The translations under genes were made by a program, and so were the position numbers. From positions 3,651 through 67,650 of the forward strand of contig DAJR01000023.1 of the NCBI GenBank assembly GCA_002496385.1: a stretch of 64,000 nucleotides of DNA, given 5' to 3'. This document shows, piece by piece, positions 24,333 to 33,938 of the stretch. The notes beneath the pieces are model-generated. The model saw nothing but the letters and a program-made list of their open reading frames with translations, searched no databases and was not told the DNA's origin. Numbering within the stretch: position 1 is the stretch's first letter; each line of letters begins with the position of its first letter. This DNA is from Methanomassiliicoccales archaeon UBA147 (GTDB lineage: Archaea; Thermoplasmatota; Thermoplasmata; SG8-5).

Positions 24333-24905
24333 TCATTTGTTCCTTGCCTCGGGCGTGAAGGCCATGAAGTCACAGGCCAGTTTGCGGTGTTCATGTTTCT
24401 CGCAGTCCTCGCACCAAAGCTTTCCGGATTTTCCCGACAGCAAGCCGCGGCAACGCCCGCACCTGGCTTTCAGCACGCCGAATTTCTCCTCTTTTGTCGA
24501 AAGCTGGAGGGAAGGGGTGACCTGCACCACCCTGGCCCGCACAAGGTCCCCGATGCGGAATTCCTTCCTGGCATCGTCCGTGTACCCCTCTGAAATCTTG
24601 GCCACGTGTATCGCCCCGTTCTCCCCCGCTCCGAAACTCCTGCCGGTTTCATCCAGGCCGAATACGGCCACAGTTGCAAGGCTGTTGGTGACATTCCCCA
24701 CCTCTCCCAGGATCACATCGCCGGGCCTCAGTTGCGAGACTCTCTTGATTTCCAGGACGCTGACCGTCTTCTCGGCGTCATCGAACCTGACCGCGCCCAT
24801 GACCGCAGCGAAAATGGCGCCGTCCCTCTCGTATGTGCCCGGTCCCGGCATGTATTCCTCTCCGGCAGCGATTCTGTCCCCGGGCATGGTCGGGCCGTCC
24901 GTCAT
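24333..24905 (-). CDS. csl4: Exosome complex RNA-binding protein Csl4
   Basis: S1-domain core plus C-terminal zinc ribbon (CGRCRG..CEDC). Confidence 0.8.
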   Translation of the reverse strand: MTDGPTMPGDRIAAGEEYMPGPGTYERDGAIFAAVMGAVRFDDAEKTVSVLEIKRVSQLRPGDVILGEVGNVTNSLATVAVFGLDETGRSFGAGENGAIHVAKISEGYTDDARKEFRIGDLVRARVVQVTPSLQLSTKEEKFGVLKARCGRCRGLLSGKSGKLWCEDCEKHEHRKLACDFMAFTPEARNK

Positions 24906-25501
24906 GGCCTCACCGCCCTGATCATCGTCACATCGAACATGGCTTTTTCCTTGCTGTGGAATGCGAATGTATGCCTTATCTCGAATTTATATTTTTTCTC
25001 GAGGGCAACAGCCCATCCCGATTTTGCAATCCTTTTCCTCAGGAATCCGACTGTTTCGGAATTGTGCAGGCTGTAAACGGTGCCAGCGATTTCCATTGCC
25101 TTGTCCAGGAACGGGAGGTCAGCGTGCCTGTTCTGCGAGCCGAAAGGTGGATTCATTATGCATGTATCATAATGGCCCGCAGCCTCCTCGACCGGGGCAC
25201 ATATGTACTCCACGTCACAGCCCGCAGTAAGCGCGTTCCTCCTGGCCGCTTCAATTGCCTTCTCATCTATATCCAGCCCCGAAGCACTTGCCGCTCCCAG
25301 CAGGCAGGCCCCGATGGAAAATATGCCGGCGCCGCACCCCAGGTCGATGATTTTCCTGGCTTCAATGTCCCCGAATCCCTGGGCGATGTAAAGCACATCG
25401 GCCGCGATCTTCGCGGGAGTCGGATACTGCTCGAGACTGGCCCTCGGTTCCGAGAATCCCTCAAGCCTCTGGAGCGTTATTTCCAGGTCTCTCTGCTTCA
25501 T
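24902..25501 (-). CDS. Class I SAM-dependent N6-adenine methyltransferase, METTL5-like
   Basis: IIDLGCGAGIFSIG SAM motif I; NPPFG motif IV; 4-nt overlap with csl4. Confidence 0.75.
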   Translation of the reverse strand: MKQRDLEITLQRLEGFSEPRASLEQYPTPAKIAADVLYIAQGFGDIEARKIIDLGCGAGIFSIGACLLGAASASGLDIDEKAIEAARRNALTAGCDVEYICAPVEEAAGHYDTCIMNPPFGSQNRHADLPFLDKAMEIAGTVYSLHNSETVGFLRKRIAKSGWAVALEKKYKFEIRHTFAFHSKEKAMFDVTMIRAVRP

Positions 25502-25789
25502 GCGGCATTACAATGTTGGTGTGTTAAAAAAATTTGGGGTGGTATTCCCCCGATGTTAAATGTCATGGTATATCGGCGATTTTCGACAGAATCGTAATTG
25601 TCAAACAAAACTATTTACGGCACCGACGCCATATTTCTCCAATTGATGATAGTGGTGAAGATTTCGGATGAATTGGAATACAAGGTCGAAAAGCTTCAGA
25701 AGGGGTTCGAGGTATCGGAGAATATACCTAAGTTCATTATAAAGGGCGAGAAGCACTCGGCTTTGTCTCCCAGATAATATTTTCCGGCC

Positions 25790-27055
25790 TCATTCCAGGC
25801 GCTCGATGGTCTTCAAGACCCGCTTCAGCTGCTTTTGCAGATCCAGGTGCTGGTACAGATTGACCGCCCGCCTCAGTTCCGTCTTGGCAGCCTCCCTGTC
25901 GCCCTTGCTCTTGAGGACATTTCCGAGTTCCTCATATGCGCTGGCCAATGAGATCGGATGATTGATCTCGGTGAGAACCATGATTGCCTTCCCGTAATAT
26001 TCAAGCGACTTGGCCCAGTCCTTTTTGGTGGCATACAGCCTGCCGTAGTTCTGGTAAATTCCCCCGATGCCGACCCGGTCCCCGATCTTGTTCAGGACGT
26101 TCAGGCTGTCATCCAGGTTCTTCTTGGCAAGGTCGAATTTTCCCAGCTCGATTAAAGCCTCGCTGGAATTGAACTCCGCCCAGGCCTTCATGTTCATCCA
26201 GCCGCCTTTCATGGCGAATTCCTTGCATTTCTCGAATTCCTTCAGGGAATTGTCCCAATCCTTCAGTCTGAGATAGGTGTCCCCCAGGTTGTTGTGCGCC
26301 CTTGCGATCTCGTACACCTCGTTCGTGTCGCTGAGGTACTTCAGCGCGTTCTGGTAATGGAGTATTGCGTCCTGAAGTTCGTCGCAGTCGGAATGTATGT
26401 TCCCGAGCCCGATATGGGCCGAGCCCAATATCTTCTTGTCCTCTGCCTTCAGGGCGTACTCGATCGCGTTTTCCAGGTACTGGCCCGCTTTCTCGTACAT
26501 TCCCTTGTTCCAGTATATTCCGCCTATGAAATTGGATGACTGGCCGATGGACTTCGGGTCTTTCGCCTCCTCCGCAGCCTCCAGCGCCTGTTCGTAATAC
26601 TCGAGGGCTCGGTCGAACTCCGACCTCTCCTGATGGATGAACCCGAGCCTTCTCAGGTATCTGGAAATCTGTACCTTGTCGTTTGACGTCCTTGCATCGC
26701 CAAGAAGCCTGTTGAAGTATTCGAAGGCCTTGTCCCATTCCGCCGAGAATATGCAAGTCATTCCCAGGTCCTCCAGCATTGTCTGGCGCTTCGATTCGCT
26801 CTTCTCGCCCTCGACGACCTGGTCCAGGTTCTCGAGCTTCTTGATTTCGGAGTATATCTTCCTCGCCTTCTCATAGCCGCCGAATGTCCTCATGACCTCG
26901 GAAAGATTGCTTGCCAGTCTTGGAAGGTCCGTGGGCTCGATATCGTTCGGGTCCGAGCCTATGAGCATGCACTGTTTCTTGACAATGAACCCCCCGATGT
27001 CGCTCATCTCCCTTTCCATGATGGCAAATATCTGCTCGGTCAATTCTTTTGACAT
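25790..27055 (-). CDS. TPR-repeat protein
   Basis: At least 7 tandem 34-aa repeats with W-LG-Y/A-F-A-P patterns (AL.YY.KA, NLG..Y..LG). Start chosen at MSKELTEQ; the ORF extends to 27082. Confidence 0.75.
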   Translation of the reverse strand: MSKELTEQIFAIMEREMSDIGGFIVKKQCMLIGSDPNDIEPTDLPRLASNLSEVMRTFGGYEKARKIYSEIKKLENLDQVVEGEKSESKRQTMLEDLGMTCIFSAEWDKAFEYFNRLLGDARTSNDKVQISRYLRRLGFIHQERSEFDRALEYYEQALEAAEEAKDPKSIGQSSNFIGGIYWNKGMYEKAGQYLENAIEYALKAEDKKILGSAHIGLGNIHSDCDELQDAILHYQNALKYLSDTNEVYEIARAHNNLGDTYLRLKDWDNSLKEFEKCKEFAMKGGWMNMKAWAEFNSSEALIELGKFDLAKKNLDDSLNVLNKIGDRVGIGGIYQNYGRLYATKKDWAKSLEYYGKAIMVLTEINHPISLASAYEELGNVLKSKGDREAAKTELRRAVNLYQHLDLQKQLKRVLKTIERLE

Positions 27056-27231
27056 GACCCACCTTTCAATCCAAATCTGCATAGTTGTTCATAGTTTTAA
27101 TGATTTTGCTCAATTCAACCCCATCCGCATAGCATTGATAAAATGTTTGGTTCAATTTCATGGGCCATGGCTGGCATAAATGGCTTCATGTTTAAGTATT
27201 AGCAATTGAATACGGGGGCGAGGAGTTTCCG

Positions 27232-28017
27232 ATGCCCGAGGACATAGAGATATATGAATTAAAGAAGATGGATGTGCGCGGCGCCACGGTCATAGACGGC
27301 TTCCCGAGCGTCGGGCTTGTGAGTTCGATAGTGGCCAATTACCTCATCAACACTCTTCATCTCACTCAGATAGGAATAATGGATTCCGTCTTTTTTCCGA
27401 CGGTATCGCTCGTCAGAGACGGCCAGCCCCACAACCCTGTAAGGATATACGCGGGGGAGAAGGTCGGGACAGGCCCCCATTCCATGGACCAGCTTGTCGT
27501 GTTCATTTCCGAGTTCCAGCCGCCCCCGAACCTTGTGAAGCCCATCGCCAGCATGATGATAGATTGGGCCCAGGACCAGAGGTGCAAGATGCTAGTGTCC
27601 CCGGAGGGCCTGGTCATCGACAGGGAATCCATGGACGTAGGCGAAGAAGATGACTCCGGCCTGGGCGTATATGGGGTGGGCAGTACCGAATGGATGCGCG
27701 ATGAGTTGACAAAAAATAGTGTGAGGGAGTTCACCGAAGGCGTCATCACGGGGGTCGCCGGAGTGCTGCTCAACGAGGGCAAGCGCAGGGATTTCAATGT
27801 TGCAACCCTTCTCGCAGAGGCACATCCCGATTACCCGGACGCCAGGGCTGCCGCGAAGGTCATGGAACTGATAAATAAATTCCTCCTGCACATCGACCTG
27901 GATGTCAAGCCCCTCTACCAGGAAGCCGAGCGCATAGAATCCCAGCTGAAGACAATCCACAAGCAGACCAGCGAGGCCAAGACCCCCGGCTCGCATCAGC
28001 CGTCGATGTATGGGTGA
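27232..28017 (+). CDS. PAC2-family proteasome-assembly-chaperone-like protein
   Basis: Archaeal PAC2-like pattern (GATVIDGFPSVGLVSSIVANYLI ... EGVITGVAGVLL). Confidence 0.65.
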   Translation: MPEDIEIYELKKMDVRGATVIDGFPSVGLVSSIVANYLINTLHLTQIGIMDSVFFPTVSLVRDGQPHNPVRIYAGEKVGTGPHSMDQLVVFISEFQPPPNLVKPIASMMIDWAQDQRCKMLVSPEGLVIDRESMDVGEEDDSGLGVYGVGSTEWMRDELTKNSVREFTEGVITGVAGVLLNEGKRRDFNVATLLAEAHPDYPDARAAAKVMELINKFLLHIDLDVKPLYQEAERIESQLKTIHKQTSEAKTPGSHQPSMYG

Positions 28018-28025
28018 ATTTCCGC

Positions 28026-29711
28026 TCAATCGGTGACCGCTATATAGATCTCCTCGCCCGCCGGACCACCGACATAACAGACATTGCTGGCATCCAGGAA
28101 ATTATTCACGGACGCTTCGCTGAAAACCACATTCTCCAACGGGTACATCTGGGCACCGGCATGGGTCCAGCTCGCAGACATTATTATGGTGCTTCCGCTG
28201 GTCATGGCATTGGCCTGGATTCTCCACGGCCCGGTCTTGTCCGCTTTGACATCCCAGTATGGTTCGATAATGTCACCATACCTCTGATCGGCGGCTATTT
28301 CGGTGATGCCGTGTTCGGCTGCCCATCCCATTGCGGACATCTCATGGGGCATGGTGACCTCCTGGACGCCGAACGCTTCCTGGCTGTTGTAAGCCAGCGG
28401 CAATGACATCGCGCACAGCAAGATGAAAATTCCGACAGCGAACACAGGAAGCGGTTTGTAGAATGCTTGCTTGTTTGAGAGCTTTTTCAATATGCCGACG
28501 ATGTATGCCAGGCCAACGCCTGCCGCGATAGCCAGCGGTATGTCCATGAAATTGTAGCTCCTGTAGGCGACCATGAACCCGAAGACGTCGAGACCCCTGA
28601 GCATCGAGAATACCATCACACAGATGGGCGCGAGGAACATGCCGACCATGATGTGCCTTCTCGGGAACTTGGAGTATCTCAGGACATTGAACCCGATCAA
28701 CGCCAGGACCGCCAGCAAGAGATACGGGAAAATGAGCCTCAGGAGGGTGTCGGACGTCATCCGCCCTCCGAGGAACACGTGCATCCGTGAGTTCAGGTAA
28801 AGCGCACCAATCCCCACGACGAGGACAAGAACTTTCTCATCCAGTATGTTCCACACTGTCAGGCCTTTGCCCTCTGACCCCCGCATGAAGAACCAGGGCT
28901 TTGTCTGGGCAGTCATGGACAGCATCCTGGCTGCCACGGCGGAAATCAACGCCACGCTGGCGAGGAGGACAGCGTCATTGAGGTTCATCACCTCGTCAAC
29001 AATCTCCAGGTTGGCAAACCGGTAATACAACAGGGAAACCAGCAGTATGCAGGGCCCTGTCAGGGCATCCAGGACGAATTCGCCCGGCGTCCTGACATGG
29101 TGTTCGGAGCGCCTGAAAGCGGTCCCGGCCAGAGAGAATGACAGGGCCAGCAAAGCGATGAGCGATGTCAGGTGATGTGTGAATGGGAGTATGAACAGCC
29201 CCGCGACCATGGCCAGACGGAACCTCCAGTCCCTCCTCCTGGAATACAGGTAGAGAATGAAGCACAGGAGCGTTATGGCCAGCAATTGCTTCATGGCTGC
29301 GGTTGTAACGTAAACGAACAGCCCGGTGAGAGCCGCGAACATCCCGGCAGAAAATGCGGCCAACTCGTTCTCTGTCAATTCCCTGGCCAGAGCATAGACG
29401 AATATCACTGATAGAGAACCGATGAGGGCGCAGAAATACGGGAGGAGGGCGAGCGGCTCGATGCCGAGAACCAGCGAGAACATCGCTAGGACCATTGAGA
29501 AAACCGGCAGTTTCATGTTGTAGCCAAGCAGGCCCTCAAAACCGGCCGCATCCGGGATTTTTCCGGTATCAATCATGATATCCGAAATCCTCGCCAAGGG
29601 AAAGCCGTCTATGTTGTATGGCAAGTCGGAGAATTGCAGCGGGACGAGCCTTGCGCAGAGTGCGATCAGGAGCAGCAGGAAAGCCAGTTGCACAGAATAT
29701 TTCTTATTCAA
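28026..29711 (-). CDS. Polytopic membrane protein with C-terminal extracytoplasmic domain; GT-C-like glycosyltransferase candidate (DUF2206-like)
   Basis: More than 12 predicted TM helices followed by a ~130-aa soluble tail containing EPYWDVK. Paralogous in architecture to 49952-51736. Confidence 0.55.
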   Translation of the reverse strand: MNKKYSVQLAFLLLLIALCARLVPLQFSDLPYNIDGFPLARISDIMIDTGKIPDAAGFEGLLGYNMKLPVFSMVLAMFSLVLGIEPLALLPYFCALIGSLSVIFVYALARELTENELAAFSAGMFAALTGLFVYVTTAAMKQLLAITLLCFILYLYSRRRDWRFRLAMVAGLFILPFTHHLTSLIALLALSFSLAGTAFRRSEHHVRTPGEFVLDALTGPCILLVSLLYYRFANLEIVDEVMNLNDAVLLASVALISAVAARMLSMTAQTKPWFFMRGSEGKGLTVWNILDEKVLVLVVGIGALYLNSRMHVFLGGRMTSDTLLRLIFPYLLLAVLALIGFNVLRYSKFPRRHIMVGMFLAPICVMVFSMLRGLDVFGFMVAYRSYNFMDIPLAIAAGVGLAYIVGILKKLSNKQAFYKPLPVFAVGIFILLCAMSLPLAYNSQEAFGVQEVTMPHEMSAMGWAAEHGITEIAADQRYGDIIEPYWDVKADKTGPWRIQANAMTSGSTIIMSASWTHAGAQMYPLENVVFSEASVNNFLDASNVCYVGGPAGEEIYIAVTD

Positions 29712-30943
29712 GCATCCGCCCCCAGGACCCTGTCCAAAGGTTGGGCGTCAGCCTCCCTTTCAACTGTTTCTGTCTCCTGCATCAGGTCGCGCGGTTTGGC
29801 CTTGGACATCGTGCTCTCGATCATCAGCCCGGAGGTTGTGTGGATCATCACCGAGGCCAGGAATATCCCTGCGAGGATGTATGGGTCGATGACGGCGTGA
29901 ATCGTCTCCCCGAACATGAGCAGCATGTTCCGCTCTTCGATGAACCGGGTCAGCAGGTACCCCAGCACAACTCCGATGGATGACGCGGCCACGGACATCA
30001 CAAGAACATCCCTGGTGATGAGCTTCCTGATGTAATTCCGGTCGGCACCCACCGCAGATATTATGCCTATCTCGCACCTTCTCTCGATTATGGCCCTCGA
30101 CACTATTGCGGCCGAGCCGATGAAGGCCAAAGCCCCGTCCAGAATGATGAAGGTGCCCACCACGACCCGGATGCTGCTTGCCCCCTCCCTGACGAAAAGG
30201 CTGACATAGCTGCCGTTCGACGCTCTGAACTGCGCTGTGTCCAGATACTTTATCGCAAGTTGCTGCTGGACCCTTTCCTCCTCGGTTATCTCCGTATTTA
30301 CAGGGGTCACGGTACCGCCGGATGTAGTCACGACGACAGGCTGTTCCTGCTCCTCGAGCGTCTCCATCAGGGCGGTCTGGTTGGTCGTCCTTACCCTTAT
30401 GAAAAGCACAGTGCCCTGCCCCAGCCCGGCCATCTTTCTGGCATAGGTCAGAGGAACCAGGATCTCGTCCTCGGCCGACTGGGCGCTGTAAACCCCGTCA
30501 ATCTCCAACTGGAACAGGGCAGGGGTCGAAGAGCCGGTGAGCAGGAATCTGTCTCCGACATCCAAGTCAATCTTTTCTGCGAGTTTCCTGCCGATTACCG
30601 CGAACCTTCCCGAATCGTTGGCCTGGCCTCTCACCATCCTGCCCTCCTCTATTTTGAGGAAATCGTCAAGATTGACGCCCCTCACCAGCACCGGCTGGTT
30701 CCTTATCACGCCGAAGCAGGATATTTCGGCGCTGGCCGCCAAGACGTTTGTCTGGTTCTTAATCGCATGCACCATTGTTTCATTGAGCTGGACCGTGGAA
30801 TTCACCTGGGAGACCGCGACCATGTCGCCGCCGAATATGGCCTGCGGCGTCGCCTGGATGCCCAGGAGCAGCGGGACGGATGCGCTGAGTATGAGCGTGC
30901 ACAGGATGAGTCCGACAATGGCTTTCGGCTTGAGCATCATCAT
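29708..30943 (-). CDS. ABC transporter permease, FtsX/MacB-like (large periplasmic loop + 3 C-terminal TMs)
   Basis: N-terminal TM, ~250-aa extracytoplasmic domain, C-terminal FtsX-like module (GADRNYIRKLI, VGAILLSASIGALNY-like hydrophobic bundle). Confidence 0.75.
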   Translation of the reverse strand: MMMLKPKAIVGLILCTLILSASVPLLLGIQATPQAIFGGDMVAVSQVNSTVQLNETMVHAIKNQTNVLAASAEISCFGVIRNQPVLVRGVNLDDFLKIEEGRMVRGQANDSGRFAVIGRKLAEKIDLDVGDRFLLTGSSTPALFQLEIDGVYSAQSAEDEILVPLTYARKMAGLGQGTVLFIRVRTTNQTALMETLEEQEQPVVVTTSGGTVTPVNTEITEEERVQQQLAIKYLDTAQFRASNGSYVSLFVREGASSIRVVVGTFIILDGALAFIGSAAIVSRAIIERRCEIGIISAVGADRNYIRKLITRDVLVMSVAASSIGVVLGYLLTRFIEERNMLLMFGETIHAVIDPYILAGIFLASVMIHTTSGLMIESTMSKAKPRDLMQETETVEREADAQPLDRVLGADA

Positions 30944-32058
30944 TTCTGCATCCTCCCGGGAGAGAACATCCTGGACGCCCGAATGGCTGGCCAGAGCCCT
31001 CCGACAAAACCCGCTGTCATCGTTATCGCCACCGGAAGGACCACCGAGTCGAAATCCGCCAGGGGTGTGATGAACGTCATTATGTCCAATAAGCTGGACA
31101 CAGAGGATATCGCGCTGGCCGCGCAGAATCCCAGTGCAGTCCCGAGCACTCCCCCGGCGAAAGTGATGAACAGGGCCTTGAGAACGAATATTCCGATGAC
31201 ATAATTCCTGCTGGCTCCGATCCCCCGGAGGATTCTGATGGTCGGGGCGCTGAATTCAGTCTCGATGGATATGATGCAGTAGACCAGGACCGCGGTGATG
31301 ATGCCGCTCATCAGGATGATGCCCCACAGTCCCTGCTCGACCTGGTATATGCCGTGTTCGAAAAATCCCACCACTCCCGAAGTTGGCCTTGCCTCGGTGT
31401 TCTTCGACCAGCTGGGCTGCTCTTCAATGGGGATATCCGATTCCACAATCATAAGAAAAGAGTAATTGCCGGCAAGCTCCGGCCTTAGCATGTTCATCGT
31501 TGCCCTCGGAATCAACAGCCAGTCATCAGGGAATATCGAGCCGGGCGAGTACAGGGTGCCGATACGGATGCTGGCGGAATTGTTGCCTCTGGCCAGCACA
31601 TAGTTCGAGTCGGGCGCGGCCGAGATCGAGTCCTGTGCCAGCATTTCCGCCAGTTGGGTTCCCATCCAAACCCCCGAATTCAGGCTCTCGTTTGTCATGT
31701 TGAGGCCGAGCACGTCCTTCGGATCATAGATTGAAACTGCATAGACATTTCCGGACGAGCGGCCTGATGAAACTTCCTTGAGCGTGACATTGGCAAAGCA
31801 GAATGCAACGAAAGTCGTGTCGTTCCCGGGAAGCGAATCCCCGCCAATCCGGCTGGCAGCAAAATCATCGTCGGTGTACAGCAGAACCGGGCCCTGGTCA
31901 AAGCTTGCCGCCAGCGCAGAAGTGGTCTCATGGAGCCCGCCCACCATGGCTATGGTCCCAGTAAGGTATGTTGCGCAGAACGCGATGCCCAGGATGGTGG
32001 CGAAGATCCTGCGGTTCATTTTTGCGGACAATCTCGTAGTAATGGACAGAGTGCTCAC
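30940..32058 (-). CDS. ABC transporter permease, FtsX/MacB-like (second, heterologous subunit)
   Basis: Same architecture as above (GIGASRNYV...). 4-nt overlap with the downstream permease. Confidence 0.75.
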   Translation of the reverse strand: MSTLSITTRLSAKMNRRIFATILGIAFCATYLTGTIAMVGGLHETTSALAASFDQGPVLLYTDDDFAASRIGGDSLPGNDTTFVAFCFANVTLKEVSSGRSSGNVYAVSIYDPKDVLGLNMTNESLNSGVWMGTQLAEMLAQDSISAAPDSNYVLARGNNSASIRIGTLYSPGSIFPDDWLLIPRATMNMLRPELAGNYSFLMIVESDIPIEEQPSWSKNTEARPTSGVVGFFEHGIYQVEQGLWGIILMSGIITAVLVYCIISIETEFSAPTIRILRGIGASRNYVIGIFVLKALFITFAGGVLGTALGFCAASAISSVSSLLDIMTFITPLADFDSVVLPVAITMTAGFVGGLWPAIRASRMFSPGRMQK

Positions 32059-32197
32059 CCGAAATGCTTTAATATACCTGACGTGTAGGAGTTGTTTGCC
32101 TATATGTATTTAGCGTTTGCGGTCGCCTGCCCCCGCAGGGAGCGGCAGCACCAATGGCGCAAATATGGCATATAAAGCAAACCTCCGGTGTTTCCGA

Positions 32198-32869
32198 ATG
32201 AAAGAGATGAAGATTGTTGTGAAGGATGTCTGGAAGACCTACGACGGCAGCAGGGATGTTTTGCGGGGCGTGAACCTCGAGATCCCGCCCAGGCAGATGG
32301 TGCTCATCAAAGGCCGCTCCGGCAGCGGCAAGTCCACCCTGCTCAACCTGATGGGCTGCATCGATGTACCCACCAGAGGCGAGATACAGCTCAACGGCTA
32401 TGCGACCGCCTCTCTTTCCGACAAGGAGCTGGCCAACATCCGGCTGCACAAGGTCGGAATCGTCTTCCAATCGCACAACCTGATCAACGACCTCACTGTG
32501 TACGAGAACGTGCTCCTCCCCATGAAGATCGCCAAATGGCAGGGCGGCGACTGGCGGGTGAAGGAGCTCCTCCACAGCTTCAGCCTGGACCAGTACTCTG
32601 ACAAATACCCGGACGAGATAAGCGGCGGCGAGCGCCAGAGGGTGGCGGTCGCGCGGGCACTGGCTAATAGTCCGTCAGTGTTGCTGGCGGACGAACCGAC
32701 CGCCTCCCTGGACATTGACAACTGTGACATCGTCATCGACGCGTTCAAGAAGGCCAACAAGGAGTTCGGGGCTACTGTGGTCATCGCGAGCCACGACCCG
32801 GCGATCGAGGGGCATGTCGGGACCAGATACACACTGGAGAGAGGGGAGTTGAGGGGGGACGCCATATGA
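32198..32869 (+). CDS. ABC transporter ATP-binding protein (MacB/LolD type)
   Basis: GRSGSGKST Walker A, LSGGERQRVAVARAL signature, LLADEPT Walker B, H-loop ASHD. Divergent from the permease pair. Confidence 0.85.
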   Translation: MKEMKIVVKDVWKTYDGSRDVLRGVNLEIPPRQMVLIKGRSGSGKSTLLNLMGCIDVPTRGEIQLNGYATASLSDKELANIRLHKVGIVFQSHNLINDLTVYENVLLPMKIAKWQGGDWRVKELLHSFSLDQYSDKYPDEISGGERQRVAVARALANSPSVLLADEPTASLDIDNCDIVIDAFKKANKEFGATVVIASHDPAIEGHVGTRYTLERGELRGDAI

Positions 32870-33804
32870 AGAACGGCCCTTTGAAGGTCTTCCTCGGAGG
32901 AAAAAAACACCCGACAGACCTCATCCTCACGATTACATTTGCGATAATCAGTGCGGTGGCGACGCAGATATTCGATGACGGCAGCATGATTCGGATACTG
33001 CTTGCCCTCCCACTCCTGCTGTTCCTTCCCGGTTATGCCATGGTCAGCATGATGTACCCGGCGAGGAACATCCGCAAGACCCGTGCCAATCAGACAGGCA
33101 CCATTGAAAAATCTCTGGACAACATGGAGAGGGCCATGTTCGGCATCGGGCTGAGCATCGTCCTGGTCTCGCTCGTCGGGCTAGTGCTGAATTATGTGTC
33201 CAGCTTCACATGGGCACCTGTATCATTGATGGCCGTCACCATCGTATTCTCTGTCGTGGCTTGGTACCTCAGGGACATGCTTCCAGCCGAGGAGAGGTTC
33301 AGGGTTTCCTTCCTGGTATCTTCCCAAACAGAGGTTTCGGAGGACAGGCGCATCACAGCGATTTTGGTATGCAGCATAGTGCTGGTAGCCTCAATTTTTG
33401 TGTATCTGGTTGTCAACCCGGCCGATAACGCAGCATACTCGGAGTTCTACCTTCTTGACGAGACCCGTCACCTCGCGTCGCTCCCGAACAACATCACGGC
33501 AAACCAGACCGGGATTGTTCTTGTCACCATCCACAACCTTGAAAATCGGTTTGTCAACTACACTATAATTGCCGGCATCGATAATGCTACGACGCCATTA
33601 ACATACGCAAATGCCAGCGCACAAATCGACATTTCCTCGAGCAATCGCGTAGCCACCGATGTCATGCTTAACGATGATGGAAAATTCGAACAGGCGTATG
33701 CTCTCACGTTTTCCGCACCCGGAAGATACAAGATAGTCTGGAAGCTGCTGATGGATGGCCAGGAAACAGATTACCAGCTACACTTCTGGGTGAATGTCGG
33801 TTGA
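32866..33804 (+). CDS. DUF1616-family archaeal membrane protein
   Basis: Four N-terminal TM helices, then a beta-rich extracytoplasmic domain with N-x-T sequons. 4-nt overlap with the ABC ATPase. Confidence 0.55.
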   Translation: MKNGPLKVFLGGKKHPTDLILTITFAIISAVATQIFDDGSMIRILLALPLLLFLPGYAMVSMMYPARNIRKTRANQTGTIEKSLDNMERAMFGIGLSIVLVSLVGLVLNYVSSFTWAPVSLMAVTIVFSVVAWYLRDMLPAEERFRVSFLVSSQTEVSEDRRITAILVCSIVLVASIFVYLVVNPADNAAYSEFYLLDETRHLASLPNNITANQTGIVLVTIHNLENRFVNYTIIAGIDNATTPLTYANASAQIDISSSNRVATDVMLNDDGKFEQAYALTFSAPGRYKIVWKLLMDGQETDYQLHFWVNVG

Positions 33805-33938
33805 ACGCATCTATTATCATCTCCATGCTTAAAAACAGCAATTAATATATAGTAGGGAATATTAGACGATTTTGTTATGAACTGCCATATAATAATGCTG
33901 CACCCAGTTTCTGAGAATGCTCATCCTTTCCCAGGGGG

